From contig BAAFSQ010000078.1 of the NCBI GenBank assembly GCA_054661495.1, positions 7,664 through 39,663 on the forward strand: a stretch of 32,000 nt of DNA, read 5' to 3'. The position numbers were made by a program, and so were the translations under genes. The notes below the pieces were generated by a model. The model made no database searches and was not told the DNA's origin. It worked only from the letters and a program-made list of their open reading frames with translations. Numbering within the stretch: position 1 is the first letter of the stretch; each line of letters begins with the position of its first letter. Origin of the DNA: Zygophlyctis sp. KS116. Its lineage: Eukaryota > Fungi > Chytridiomycota. Positions 12,801 to 26,286 of this stretch are shown here, piece by piece.

Positions 12801-13296
12801 TTGATGGTTGTCCAACTATATCAATCATTATACGATCAGTATATAATCTATTTGATTCATCAGACTCTGAAAGAAGAAAATTGACAATTAATTCAAGAGA
12901 CATTCCTGGAGAGATTAATATTTCATCATTAATCTTGTGCGAAGGAACAGATAAAGTGAATCTTGGTGACTTTGGCGGATGTAATATTATTCTTTTTACA
13001 GTCCGAGAAAAATTCCTGATTGATCCTTTAATTTTTCTAGTTTCTGCTATTTCATAATCCAAGATCTGCAGAAGCGGCGGATCTAGTCTTACATCAAAAT
13101 ACGCTTCCAAATGTTTCTTCCTGATCACCGCATCTGGTGAAATAAAGCTTGAAGACACGAGAGACGCCAAATAAGTTTTCCTGTATTTGATCGGCTCCAA
13201 GATCTGCAAATCTTTTTTATGCTTTGTAGAATTCCCATTTTTTTCAATATGATTATCTAATCCAACAACATGTCTGTTGGACTCTGAATCTATCAT
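3891..13296 (-). CDS. CFAP47: Cilia- and flagella-associated protein 47-like (ASH/Ig-like repeats plus calponin-homology region), about 2983 aa, 16 introns
   Basis: Introns at 8605-8635, 8320-8347, 8132-8158, 7833-7864, 7099-7127, 7044-7074, 6904-6932, 6561-6588, 6397-6428, 6181-6204, 5918-5946, 5670-5695, 5427-5455, 5258-5286, 4971-4996 and 4032-4055 give 8952 nt in one frame. Has repeated 'LDFG...N...F.P..G' ASH units, plus GAYLSSVKPEFLL and SESILLKW motifs. The family was recognised from memory, not by search. Confidence 0.82.
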
Positions 13297-13316
13297 TAAA
13301 TTAGAATACGGAAAAT

Positions 13317-13388
13317 TATACCGGAAGATTAGCGATCTTTAGCGTCTAGAATTATAACTTTATTATAGTAATCGATTTGTCCGGTATA
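13317..13388. other. Intergenic stem-loop immediately upstream of the CFAP47 start
   Basis: TATACCGGA (13317-13325) and TCCGGTATA (13380-13388) form a perfect 9-bp inverted repeat, with further inner pairing (CGAT/ATCG, ATTATAA/TTATAGT). Confidence 0.45.
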
Positions 13389-13430
13389 TTTGTATCATTT
13401 AGAGCAATTAGTCGATTTTGGATAATATTT

Positions 13431-13466
13431 GAAGCCCAAGGTTCGAGTCTCGGCCGAGGCGATTTT
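13431..13466 (+). promoter_or_regulatory. Pol III B-box-like / tRNA 3'-half-like element followed by T4
   Basis: GGTTCGAGTCT (13440-13450) versus consensus GGTTCGANTCC, then CGG-CCGAGGC-G and ATTTT. No matching 5' half is visible. Confidence 0.45.
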
Positions 13467-13522
13467 AGAGATTATAAAAATGCAACCATTACGTTTTTAT
13501 TTGTAAATAATCTTTCAAATTT

Positions 13523-14008
13523 TTAAAGAGTCTTATATTGTCTAATATGAGATTTACAATAAATAGATCCACTGACCACTACAAATTTATCTTCACCTTT
13601 AACTATTTTTTTTCCACAATTTGAACAATTTGAATGCTTTGAACAGAAACTAGAATCAGTCCCTTTAAAAATATTATCAGTGATTTCTTCTTGACAGAAT
13701 CCACAATGAAGCGTACTTTGGCTAATTGTGCGTGCGCGTTTAGTCCAAGCCTGATTTTGTCGTAAATCATCTCTTGAAGAATGACTTGAATTTCCTTCAT
13801 TCAAAGATTGTAATTCCTGATCAATATAATAAGAATAAATCCTAGCAAGAGTCTGTCCTTCATCCTTCCCGTTATATTTTAATGAATCAGATCTATTCCT
13901 TATTTCTGGAGCATGATCTCCACGTCTTTCTAGAGTTATTGGATAGAGAATGCATGGTAATTCAGATGAATTTTTATGTCTTTTAAGAGATCCGAAACAG
14001 TTGCCCAT
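13523..14008 (-). CDS. Small single-LIM-domain protein with a predicted N-acylation motif, 161 aa, intronless
   Basis: N-terminus MGNCFG. C-terminal CxxC-x16-CxxHxxCxxC-x19-CxxH. Confidence 0.8.
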   Translation of the reverse strand: MGNCFGSLKRHKNSSELPCILYPITLERRGDHAPEIRNRSDSLKYNGKDEGQTLARIYSYYIDQELQSLNEGNSSHSSRDDLRQNQAWTKRARTISQSTLHCGFCQEEITDNIFKGTDSSFCSKHSNCSNCGKKIVKGEDKFVVVSGSIYCKSHIRQYKTL

Positions 14009-14206
14009 AATATCCAGAGATCTGTTCCCCTACACCAATGCGGTCCGATCCATATCTAATCAGACATGATATATCTTGATTGATCAATGTCCGACTTTAA
14101 TTATAATAGAATCGTTTATAATAATAAAACTATTTACATCCTTACAAGATGAGATCATTTCAATAAATGATTAGATCAGCCAGTGACGTTGACGCAGATT
14201 TTAAAA

Positions 14207-15100
14207 ATGAAATTGGGAATCATTGGAGCTGGTCAAATGGGAATTGGAATCGCTTATATTGGAGCCTTGAAAGCTAAATTCCCAGTTACAATCCTTGACT
14301 CAAATGCCGATGCCTTGAAGAGAGGACAGAAATTTATGAATCTGTTGCTACAAAAGGATGTATTAAAAGGGAAAATAAACCAAGATGAAGCTGATCAAGC
14401 ACTTAAAAACATCCATTTGACGACTAATCTATCGGATTTTAAGAAATCTAATTTCTTAATAGAAGTATCTAATGATTTTATTAATTCCTAGGCAGTTACT
14501 GAAAACATTGCTCTTAAACGAGATCTTCTAACCCAATTAGATTCAATTATTGGTCCTGATGCTATTTTAGCTACAAACACTTCTTCAATCTCAATCACAA
14601 AGATTGCGTCTGCAGTAAAGAATCCCGAAAGAGTTATTGGAATGCATTTTATGAATCCTGTTCCGGTCATGAAATTAGTAGAAATTATAAGAGGATTACA
14701 AACCAATGATGAAACTGCATCTAAAACTATTGATCTAGCCCAAAAAATGGGTAAAGTCACGACAACTTCTAAAGATATTCCTGGATTCATTGCTAATAGA
14801 ATCTTGATGCCATACATTAATGAAGCAATTTATGTACTTCAAGAAGGGATCGCAACAAAAGAAGATATTGATACAACAATGAAATTAGGAACTAATAATC
14901 CAATGGGACCATTAACATTGGCAGATTTTATTGGATTAGATACATGTTTGGCAATAATGAGAGTATTACATCAGCAATTAGGAGACTCAAAGTATCGACC
15001 ATCTCCTTTATTGATATCGTATGTGGATGCAGGTATTTACAATTAAATAATTGTAGGATGGCTTGGTAAAAAGACTGGAAGAGGTTTTTATTCATATTAA
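14207..15100 (+). CDS. 3-hydroxybutyryl-CoA (3-hydroxyacyl-CoA) dehydrogenase, 280 aa
   Basis: Motifs [38 protein letters not shown] and GKKTGRGFY. Introns 14465-14491 and 15033-15056. Confidence 0.95.
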
Positions 15101-15104
15101 ATAA

Positions 15105-15370
15105 TTAATCTACTTGATTAGCCTTTTCTAATTTTTGTTTCCATATAGATCCAGCGACCGGTATTTGGGCTAAAACATCTCTTCTAAACAATGGAACTCT
15201 TTCCATTAGAAGCCCAACCGTAAAAGCACCAAAGGCTCCCCAAGATAATAGAGTTGGTCCGCTTTCTTTTTAGATGCATTAGCTTACTAGTTTCTTAACC
15301 GACTGCGAGTAAAAGTAGTCTGTAATCCTCTAATCCAAGGGGCAACAGTCAGCCAACTTTGCTGTAGCAT
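15105..15370 (-). CDS. QCR10: Cytochrome bc1 complex subunit 10, 79 aa (absent from the ORF track)
   Basis: 26-nt intron at 15262-15287. Product MLQQSWLTVAPWIRGLQTTFTRSRLRNYGPTLLSWGAFGAFTVGLLMERVPLFRRDVLAQIPVAGSIWKQKLEKANQVD fits the fungal Qcr10 pattern 'PTL..WG...VP..RRD.L..IP..G'. Confidence 0.85.
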
Positions 15371-15470
15371 GTTAAAATGTCAAGGAAAATTTAAGACACG
15401 CAACCCTGTGGTCAGTCCGTAAGTCAGTCAGTCACAAAGAGTATTCTATTAATCCCCGTGCGTTACTTTA

Positions 15471-16546
15471 TCAAAATGTAGGAGCATAAATGATCATACA
15501 AAATGATAACAGCATAGGGTCACTATTAACTGATTCACAAAGTCCAGGAAAAATTGAATCTGTAAAAATACGAGTCACTAATGGTATAATAGAAGCAAGC
15601 GCAAGACTTCCAGAGTCTGATTTTGTCTTTTCACTAAAAGACAGAGATAATTTAGATTCAATAAATGTAAATCCATGATCCAACATTGACACTAATACAA
15701 GAGGAAAATCAGGACTTATATTAAAATTATTTTAAATTCACCTTTCCAAGTAATCTCTAGTTTCATTTAGTAATTTTGTCAAGTCTGAATTCAACTCTAA
15801 TTGATCAGTCTCTAAAGTTTCCTGATATTTAACAAGAAATTCATTCTCTTCTCCTTCTTTAGGCAAAAGAAATATAGAAAAATCCTTGATTTGATTATGA
15901 ATTTCATCTCTTATTCCTTTTATAGTTTGTTTAATATCATCAAAAGTCATATCATGTTTCAATGAAACACTTGATAATTCCTTCTTGACAATATTTTGTA
16001 CATGAAATACAAAATCTTTCCATCCAATATTACAAAAATACCAAGAAAAACTTAGATACATTTCTTCAGTGATTCTATCACCTCCAAAAGAAGAATTTAA
16101 GTGAATCCATCTTCCTAAAATATGTATTAGAGTTTTTGTGATGATTGATTGAAGAATAGTCACGTATACTAGAGCAATTAATCTAGTAAAACTCGTAATT
16201 TTGACATCCTCCCATCTATCTAATCTAGATGCAGCATTGAGACTCAAGTTTGATTTTAAAACAGAAATCATCTTGAATTAGAAAATAAATATACCCATTC
16301 TACATTGCATTCCGCCTCTAGTGATTTTATCAATGCATTCAAACTAGATTCCATGGCATCTTGAGAATTCTTTTGATTTGCTTGAAACTTTTTTTTGGTT
16401 CTTTTATTACATTATTAAACTTACTCAATCTTTAACTGCGATGATTTTCTATATTTTGTTTCGAATTCAATCCATTTCCACTCTGCAAGCTTCCAAATCC
16501 CTGCGATTGATAGTAATATACCAGACATCCATCCCAATTTTGACAT
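15471..16546 (-). CDS. PEX3: Peroxin 3, 333 aa
   Basis: N-terminal TM segment, KKKFQANQ, WEDVKITSFTR, YLSFSWYF..GW and ETRDYLESPDF. Introns 16401-16424, 16272-16294 and 15715-15741. Confidence 0.85.
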
Positions 16547-16607
16547 TTTTATAAGCAATGAATGCAATAAGAATGCTTATAACCTATTGGTCTGTTAGGA
16601 CGGCCCA

Positions 16608-18971
<2,364 letters not shown>

Positions 18972-19147
18972 CTTGAACCTAGACACTGACACTATATCAC
19001 CAACAATTGTTGATGAAGCATAATATATGATTTAGAAAAACCAACTGATCTACTCTGTGCGTAATCAGACGATTGGATTATTTTTCATATTGAGCCACTA
19101 AAGATTACAGTCAGAGTTAATTTCCGGGAAAGAAACCCTTGTCGTAA

Positions 19148-19894
<747 letters not shown>

Positions 19895-19898
<4 letters not shown>

Positions 19899-21590
19899 AG
19901 TTTCGCACCCATAAATTGAGCTACTTTAATTGACTGTCTTATTCCTAATTCAAGCATGATTTCTTCACTTCCTCCAGGAATAGCATAGGCTCGAACTTCA
20001 CGATAAAGACGTTCCACACGTTCACCTTGACCCCCTCGAGAATAAGAAAGGCCTCCAAATATTTGAGCTGCTTCTCTGGCACAGAATTCCATTGTTTGAG
20101 TTGATTGAGCCTTTAGTAAAGCAATTGGACCTCCCAATTTAAGCATCTGCAACTCTTCAGGCATTTTAGAAACTTGGTAAATTAGAGACTCCATCCAAGC
20201 ATGAGTAGCTTCAATTTTACGAGCCATATGTGACAGTTTGTTTCTAATGACTGGATGATCGACTAGTTTTTTTCCAAAAGTTTCCCGCTTATGTCTAAAA
20301 AATGAAAACTAAAGGAAACTTACGCATATTTAATTGAATCTTCAAGACAAACTCTTGCAAAGCGTGTTGCTTGCATAGCAATTCCCATTCTTTCGTGATT
20401 AAAGTTGTACTATTGTCAAAACGCATAAAATTTACCATAATGGCTTTAAATCCCTTATTTTCTTTACCAATCAAGTTTTCAACAGGAACTTTTACATCTT
20501 CAAAAGTAACATAAGAGGTACCCGAAGCCCAAACACCAGAGCAGGCCATTTGTCGTGTTGAAACCCCTGGCATTGATCTTTCAATAAGTAACAATGACAG
20601 ACCACCCATTCCAGGAGCACCTGTTCTAACAGCAACAGTAAAAAAGTCTGCAAAAACACCCTAATAATTATCTTAAAAGAATATACATTTGTAATCCACT
20701 TCTTTTCACCATTCACAATAAAAAACTTTCCATCAGCAGTTTTTCTAGCCTCTGTCTTAAGATTTGCAACATCAGATCCTGCATAAGGCTCTGTAATTGC
20801 CAAACAAATATTTTTTCTTCCATTTAAACAATCTGCAACAACTTTATCCTTGATATAATCAGATCCAAAATGTAAAACAGGAGGTAAACCAATTCCCAAA
20901 CCACCAATTAATCCCCATAAAACACCTCCAGACCCACATCTTGACAATTCATCACAAATAATAAACTCGTGAAAAGCATTAAATTCTTCTGGTTTTACAT
21001 TACCTGCAGGAAGACGATCAGCATATTTTGTAGGCCAAGGATTCCCACAGATCCCTTGAAGAATTCCAGCCTTTGCAGCCTTTAAAAATAATTCTTTAGG
21101 AATCTTCTTTTCTTCATCCCAGGCATGGCAGTATGGCGTAACATGTCTATCAACAAATTGCCTTACAGCAGCACGAAGTCTACGATGACTCTCATCATAA
21201 TATGGCGAATACCAATCCTGATACCAATATGGATCACCAAAAGGAACTAAATCTCCAAATGCTTCTCCTTCCACAAGACCCTGAGTGATTTGTTCCTCTG
21301 GTTCCAATAGAGTTTGAACCTCTTTTGCTCCGGCGATAATAACGTCTCCCTTGTAATACTTTGGCCCATAAGAATCCAAAACACTGGGATTATGGAACTG
21401 ATCAAACTGTTTTGTTGCATCGGTCCCTGCAACCTTTAAAAGAACCTTTTTTCCACCGCTAGCATTAAAAGACTGAAACTTACGGATGTTCATTTAAAAA
21501 AGTAGTTATATCATACACTTTCCCGTGGACAATAACCCAAATGTCCTTTTCAGTATTGTGCGCAGCGACTTGTGCATTCGTAAACGACAT
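19895..21590 (-). CDS. Cytochrome b5-fused acyl-CoA dehydrogenase with PTS1 (AKL), 529 aa
   Basis: b5 domain (HN...W..VHGKVYD, HPGG across intron 21459-21483), [18 protein letters not shown] and [10 protein letters not shown]. Other introns at 20661-20686, 20410-20435 and 20295-20323. Confidence 0.93.
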
Positions 21591-21885
21591 TTTTTCAAGG
21601 TTTACCCCTTGATCAATTGCATGTCATAGGTTTTAAACATTATTCCCCCTATCGATAGTATCAGATGAATTTAAATTTGAATTAAGGCAAGGAATTTCCA
21701 TCCAAACGATAAGATCAGGATCATTGATCGTGTTTTCAAAAATATGATTGGGTAATGCAACAACTACCTTTATAAATAATATTGAAATTGAATAAAAAAG
21801 CATTTATTTATATTAATAATCAGTCAATATCTGACAGACTGCTATCAGTTGACAAGATCAGCGTTGCAGGGTGTAGGTTGAAAAA

Positions 21886-23963
21886 ATGATCAGATCAGTC
21901 AAAAGAGCCACACAAAGTTATGAGGCCGATGCAGATGATGAGTTAAGTTTAAAGATTGGGCAATTCATCACTGTTATTGCGATTGAAGATAATGGATGGG
22001 CAGAAGGTATTCTTGAAGATCAATGGGTCGGTTGGTTTCCGATTGATTTTGCGGTTGAGCATGAGTCGGAGCTTCCAAATGTAAGATATATAATCTAATG
22101 TCTAAGAATGCATCAATAGAAAAAATAAAGCAGCTTAGATTAGATAATTTGTTTAAGAATGCTGATCTTCGTGATGGGGCAGTTCATAAGAGAGAATCAT
22201 TGGCATTGACTATAACGGAAAAGTTGAAAAAAAGGAATTCAATAATAATGGAATTTATTGACTGTCAGTCAGTCTTTATAAGTACAATGAATGCATGGAT
22301 ATCTGTAGGGGTTAATTAACTAACGATTTAGGGGGTTGAATCGAATCGTGTGTTTTCTCTATTATCCAAAGATCAGGCAGTTTCACTTTTAGAAGCCATT
22401 GATGATGTTATAAATTTTCATCAAGTTCTTTTAGGGTCTTTGGAAGTTGTTCGCTCTGCTGATCCTACTGATCAAATGTTTGGTGGCTATTTTTTAGATT
22501 TCATTCCATTTTTTTCTGAAGTTTACTTAAAACTAAAATCACTTTTGCCAAAAATAGTTACTTTTGTTATTCAATCAAATGCAGACATTTCACAAGATAA
22601 AGATACAATGGCAATGCTTCAATTTTCTGCTGATATTCATTTGCCAGTTCAACATGTATCTAAAATGGTCAATTTAACTCGGCGTATACTAAATGTGACT
22701 CCTTTAGATCATGAAGACTGGGAATTTTCAATGTATTCCTGGCGTTCACTAAGGGATGCTGTAAAGAAAATTGATCAAGAAGTAAAGGAAATTGAATCTA
22801 AAGAAACTTTGAATTCTTTTATTGAAAAATTAGATTCATACAATGGACCGTCTATTCAAGATTGTGGTCAAATAGTTCGGTATGGTACATTAAGGATTGG
22901 AAATGCCCGTCATACTTATCATGTATATCTCATGGAAAAAGTTTTATTCATTTTGAAGCCTGTTTCCCTTCGTTTATCAATTGGAAAGAAAAATAAGAGA
23001 TCTTCACTTTCTAGAGCAAAGTTTTCAATTGAATATCAAATAACATTAAATTCTCAACATGTCAAAGCAATTAGCGCCAATAATGATTTAGGAGGTAGAG
23101 TTACATTTTCTAACAGGATTAGATAATTTTTTCAGGATTTCTTATTTTTCTCAAGATAAATCAGTCAAGTCCATTGACTGTTATGCATTTAACAAGGAGC
23201 TCAAAAGAATTTGGGTAGATTTATTGAATTCTTTAGTTGTAAAGCAAGATTCCCAATTGAATCATAAGAAAATTACAAAAGCCGAGGACTCTGTATACCA
23301 AGATTTACTGGTAACTTTTGATTTATCTTATTTTAGAGCTTTATAGAAACTGAAGAATTTTCAGGATCTGAAGAATCTTTTGAACCCCCTCCATTACCTC
23401 CAAAAGACGAATTTAAACAACTTCCTCCAATTTCTACCCAAGAATTGGAGATATCATCAGCTAATAATCAACCCTCAATTCTCTCAACCTTTGAACCTAC
23501 CTTGCATAGAGATGATTCTCTTTCAACTGATGAAGGTTCTAATTCTCTTCTAGTACTTGATTCGTGTCATGTAAATGACTCTACTTCGGATACATATAAT
23601 CAAGGACCAGATCTTATAGATACTTATCTTCATAATGAGCAGAAATTTGAAGAGCTTGAAAAAGATGATGTATTAAAAAATGCTGATAGGGGTCTCAGAA
23701 ATGATTCACAATCAATCAAACCCGATCCCTTAAAAAATCATTCTATAAGCTCTGAAATAGAAGAGACTCAATCTGATGTACTTGAAAATACCAACCGGAT
23801 CCGAACATTGGAAGAGACAGTCTCTGCATTTTCTGATAAAAATTCGAATGATGATGGATTTGTAACTTATGAAGAATACGCAAAACTATTATTTGCCTAT
23901 CAAGAAAAAGTAGCACAGGTTGAAGAATTAAAAATACAATTAAGAAAACTATTAAAAGAATAA
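21886..23963 (+). CDS. SH3-DH-PH RhoGEF-like protein with C-terminal coiled coil, paralog 1, about 656 aa
   Basis: SH3 (YEADADDELSL..GWAEG..GWFP), DH (LPVQH, TPLDHED) and PH (VYLMEKVLFI..KRIWVD). Introns 22081-22106, 22305-22331, 23095-23122 (or 23116) and 23311-23336. Confidence 0.85.
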
Positions 23964-24009
23964 TAATGATATAATGTATTCTTGTGAAGGCTTAACGCTC
24001 AAGCCTTGC

Positions 24010-24062
24010 TGAGCCACTTAACTGGGTTGTGCCGATTTAAATCTTCATGAGCCACTTAACTG
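24010..24062 (+). repeat. 15-nt direct repeat TGAGCCACTTAACTG at the paralog 2 start
   Basis: Exact copies at 24010-24024 and 24048-24062. The second overlaps the ATG. Confidence 0.85.
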
Positions 24063-26245
24063 CTGAATCTTTAGCCACCTTTAAAGCATCAAAGATTGAC
24101 GAAATATCACTTTGTGCTGGAGATATTGTTTGTATATATAATAAAATGGATGATCATTGGGCTGAAGGACATAATCTCACACAGGACTCTTTTGGAGTCT
24201 TTCCGATCGGAAGGATCAAATACATCAATGTACAAAACTATCGATTCTTGAATGCCAAACAAGTTAAAATTAAGAGACTTGATACATTGTTTAGAAATTC
24301 CGATTCGGAAACTGATGCTGATTATTATGCTTCTCGACTGCAATATAGTGCGGATTTAGATTGGGATGAAAGGATTGAGATTATTATTAATGATCTAAAG
24401 GAGGGGCAGAATACTTTTACTGATCAGATGTTGTTATTTATTCAGGTATGCTTTGATTCCGTTTGCGACATGTGTTGCACAAAAGACCATGTCTGCAAAA
24501 TACATTTTATCTAAATAATAGACAATTGTTGATCCTCTACTATCAGAACCATGGCTTTTGAATTCACATCAGGAATTTTTAAAGAGTTTTAAGCAAGTTT
24601 ATGAATTTCATTTTTCATTAGGAGAGGCTCTCATGAAGGTGAATCAAGACACTAAAATTTGGGATACTTTGCTACAATTTTCAAATGATTTTCAGCAAGT
24701 GTATTCTAAATATGCACGATTACTGCCGCAGGCTGTTTCTATGGGAAGTAAATATATGAGAACTGGAGAAATTAATGATTTTGTGTTAACAAACCATCAA
24801 GATATTTCTTCATATTCTGCAGTTTTTCTGAAAAAATTGGCATGGTTTCATATTCCTTTTCAAAAGAGAAAAGATATCTTCAGTTTTATCAGAAAGGTAT
24901 TACAATTGATACCTGTGGATCATCCAGATCATCAAAATTTTCTAGTTTGTTGGAAATCATTTAAGATTACAATCTCTGCTTTGGAGCAAATATTTAGTAT
25001 ATCAGAGTCTGAGGAGGAAATTTCTAATTTGCAGTCGCAATTATTAAATTATCAGGTAATATATTAAGATTAATCTAAAAGGGACCTCCATTATCTGATT
25101 TTGGAATGATCTTATTAAAGGCTCCTTTTAAAGTTGGTAATGGTAGACGAAAGAGGCCCAGATTTGTCTATTTACTTGAAAAATGCATTCTAATTCTAAA
25201 AGGAAAAGAAACATTTTTCAATCAGGATTGCCTCTCAGAATTTTCAATTAGGTCCAATTCAGCTCCAGAAATCTCGATTGATCAAATGATTTTGTTGGAC
25301 TCGGAACACTTTCGCACAGTGGCTGCTTGGGATGCATATGATAGTAAGGAATTTCAATAATGATATTTAGAGAATGCTTTTAGAGTCATATATGTGGATA
25401 ATAATGGTTCAAGTCATTTTATAGAATTATCTGCTTCTGCTAGAAAGATTGCTCGCATATGGATAAATGAAATACGCAATGTTACTCATCAAAATTATGG
25501 CAATCAATCTAGAGATTCTATATCTATAAATTTAACCTCGAGCGGCACGAGTAGTAGCACTAAATCAAAAGCATCCACGTATTCTCACAGTAGTGGAAGC
25601 TCAGCTAATAAGCTTAATCCAAGGCCAAGAGTTGATTCATTACTAATTCCAAGTGTTTCTTTTCCAAAATCTGTAAAAATTCAGCCAAATCTGATTAGTG
25701 ATTCATCCCCTTATTTATCTCCTCCGGTGATGGGATATAAATGCGAGATGAAAGAAATCAATATTGACAACATGTATAAACCAATATCCCCAGAAACTCA
25801 AAATGAATCTTTGTATTCCGACTCGTTATCACCAATCGAACATATCAATGCCAGAGAGCGATATTCCATATCCTCATTTAATTCAGATTTTATGAACGAT
25901 ATGGGATTATCAGACTCTGAAAATTGTGATGATAAATTTATGCAAAATGTTGATGGACCAGGTACTACTACTACTACTGATTCTGATAATTTCTACGACA
26001 CTATAGCACAAGAGCCACATATTTCTGGTCTTCAAATAGCGGATTTTAAGATATCTCCTACGATTACAAAATCTAGTAGTGAAGATGATGATCATTCTAT
26101 TGTCCGGGAATCTTTGCAGTCCTGCCAGCGGATATCCAGAAAAGAATTCAAGTCATTATATAATTCTATGCAAGTCAAAGTTCAGGAATATCTCGAGTTA
26201 AAGAATCGAATTGATAGCATCGTTGGAAATTTGAATAAAACATAG
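24047..26245 (+). CDS. SH3-DH-PH RhoGEF-like protein, tandem paralog 2, about 689 aa
   Basis: SH3 (DEISL..GD..WAEG..GVFP), DH (HIPFQ, IPVDHPD), PH (VYLLEKCILI..ARIWINEI), S-rich tail and coiled coil. Introns 24446-24521, 25056-25081 and 25344-25370. Confidence 0.82.
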
Positions 26246-26286
26246 AGATTTGGCTGGTGAAATTCGCGTGTTCCACGAAAATTGAC

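Noticed and set aside
4372-13057. Plus-strand ORFs inside CFAP47 (4372, 8350, 9914, 11528, 11813, 12321, 12758)
   Set aside because: These are antisense shadows of a long CDS, with no motifs.
13380-13466. Intact or permuted tRNA gene
   Set aside because: No 5' acceptor strand, D-arm or anticodon arm on either side, and the T-stem has two mismatches. Kept only as an orphan element.
13297-13522. RFX X-box upstream of the ciliary gene CFAP47
   Set aside because: No GTTGCC...GCAAC-like site found by eye.
14149-14206. Upstream ATGs or GTG as an N-terminal extension of the dehydrogenase
   Set aside because: The upstream ATGs are out of frame, and AAAAATG at 14207 matches the start context of other genes here.
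24486-24490. 5-nt micro-exon splitting the 76-nt intron into 40 + 31 nt
   Set aside because: It shifts the reading frame of the DH domain.
24460-24510. H/ACA snoRNA in the long intron (ACAAAA and ACA present)
   Set aside because: The hairpins are far too short for pseudouridylation pockets, and these boxes are common in AT-rich DNA.
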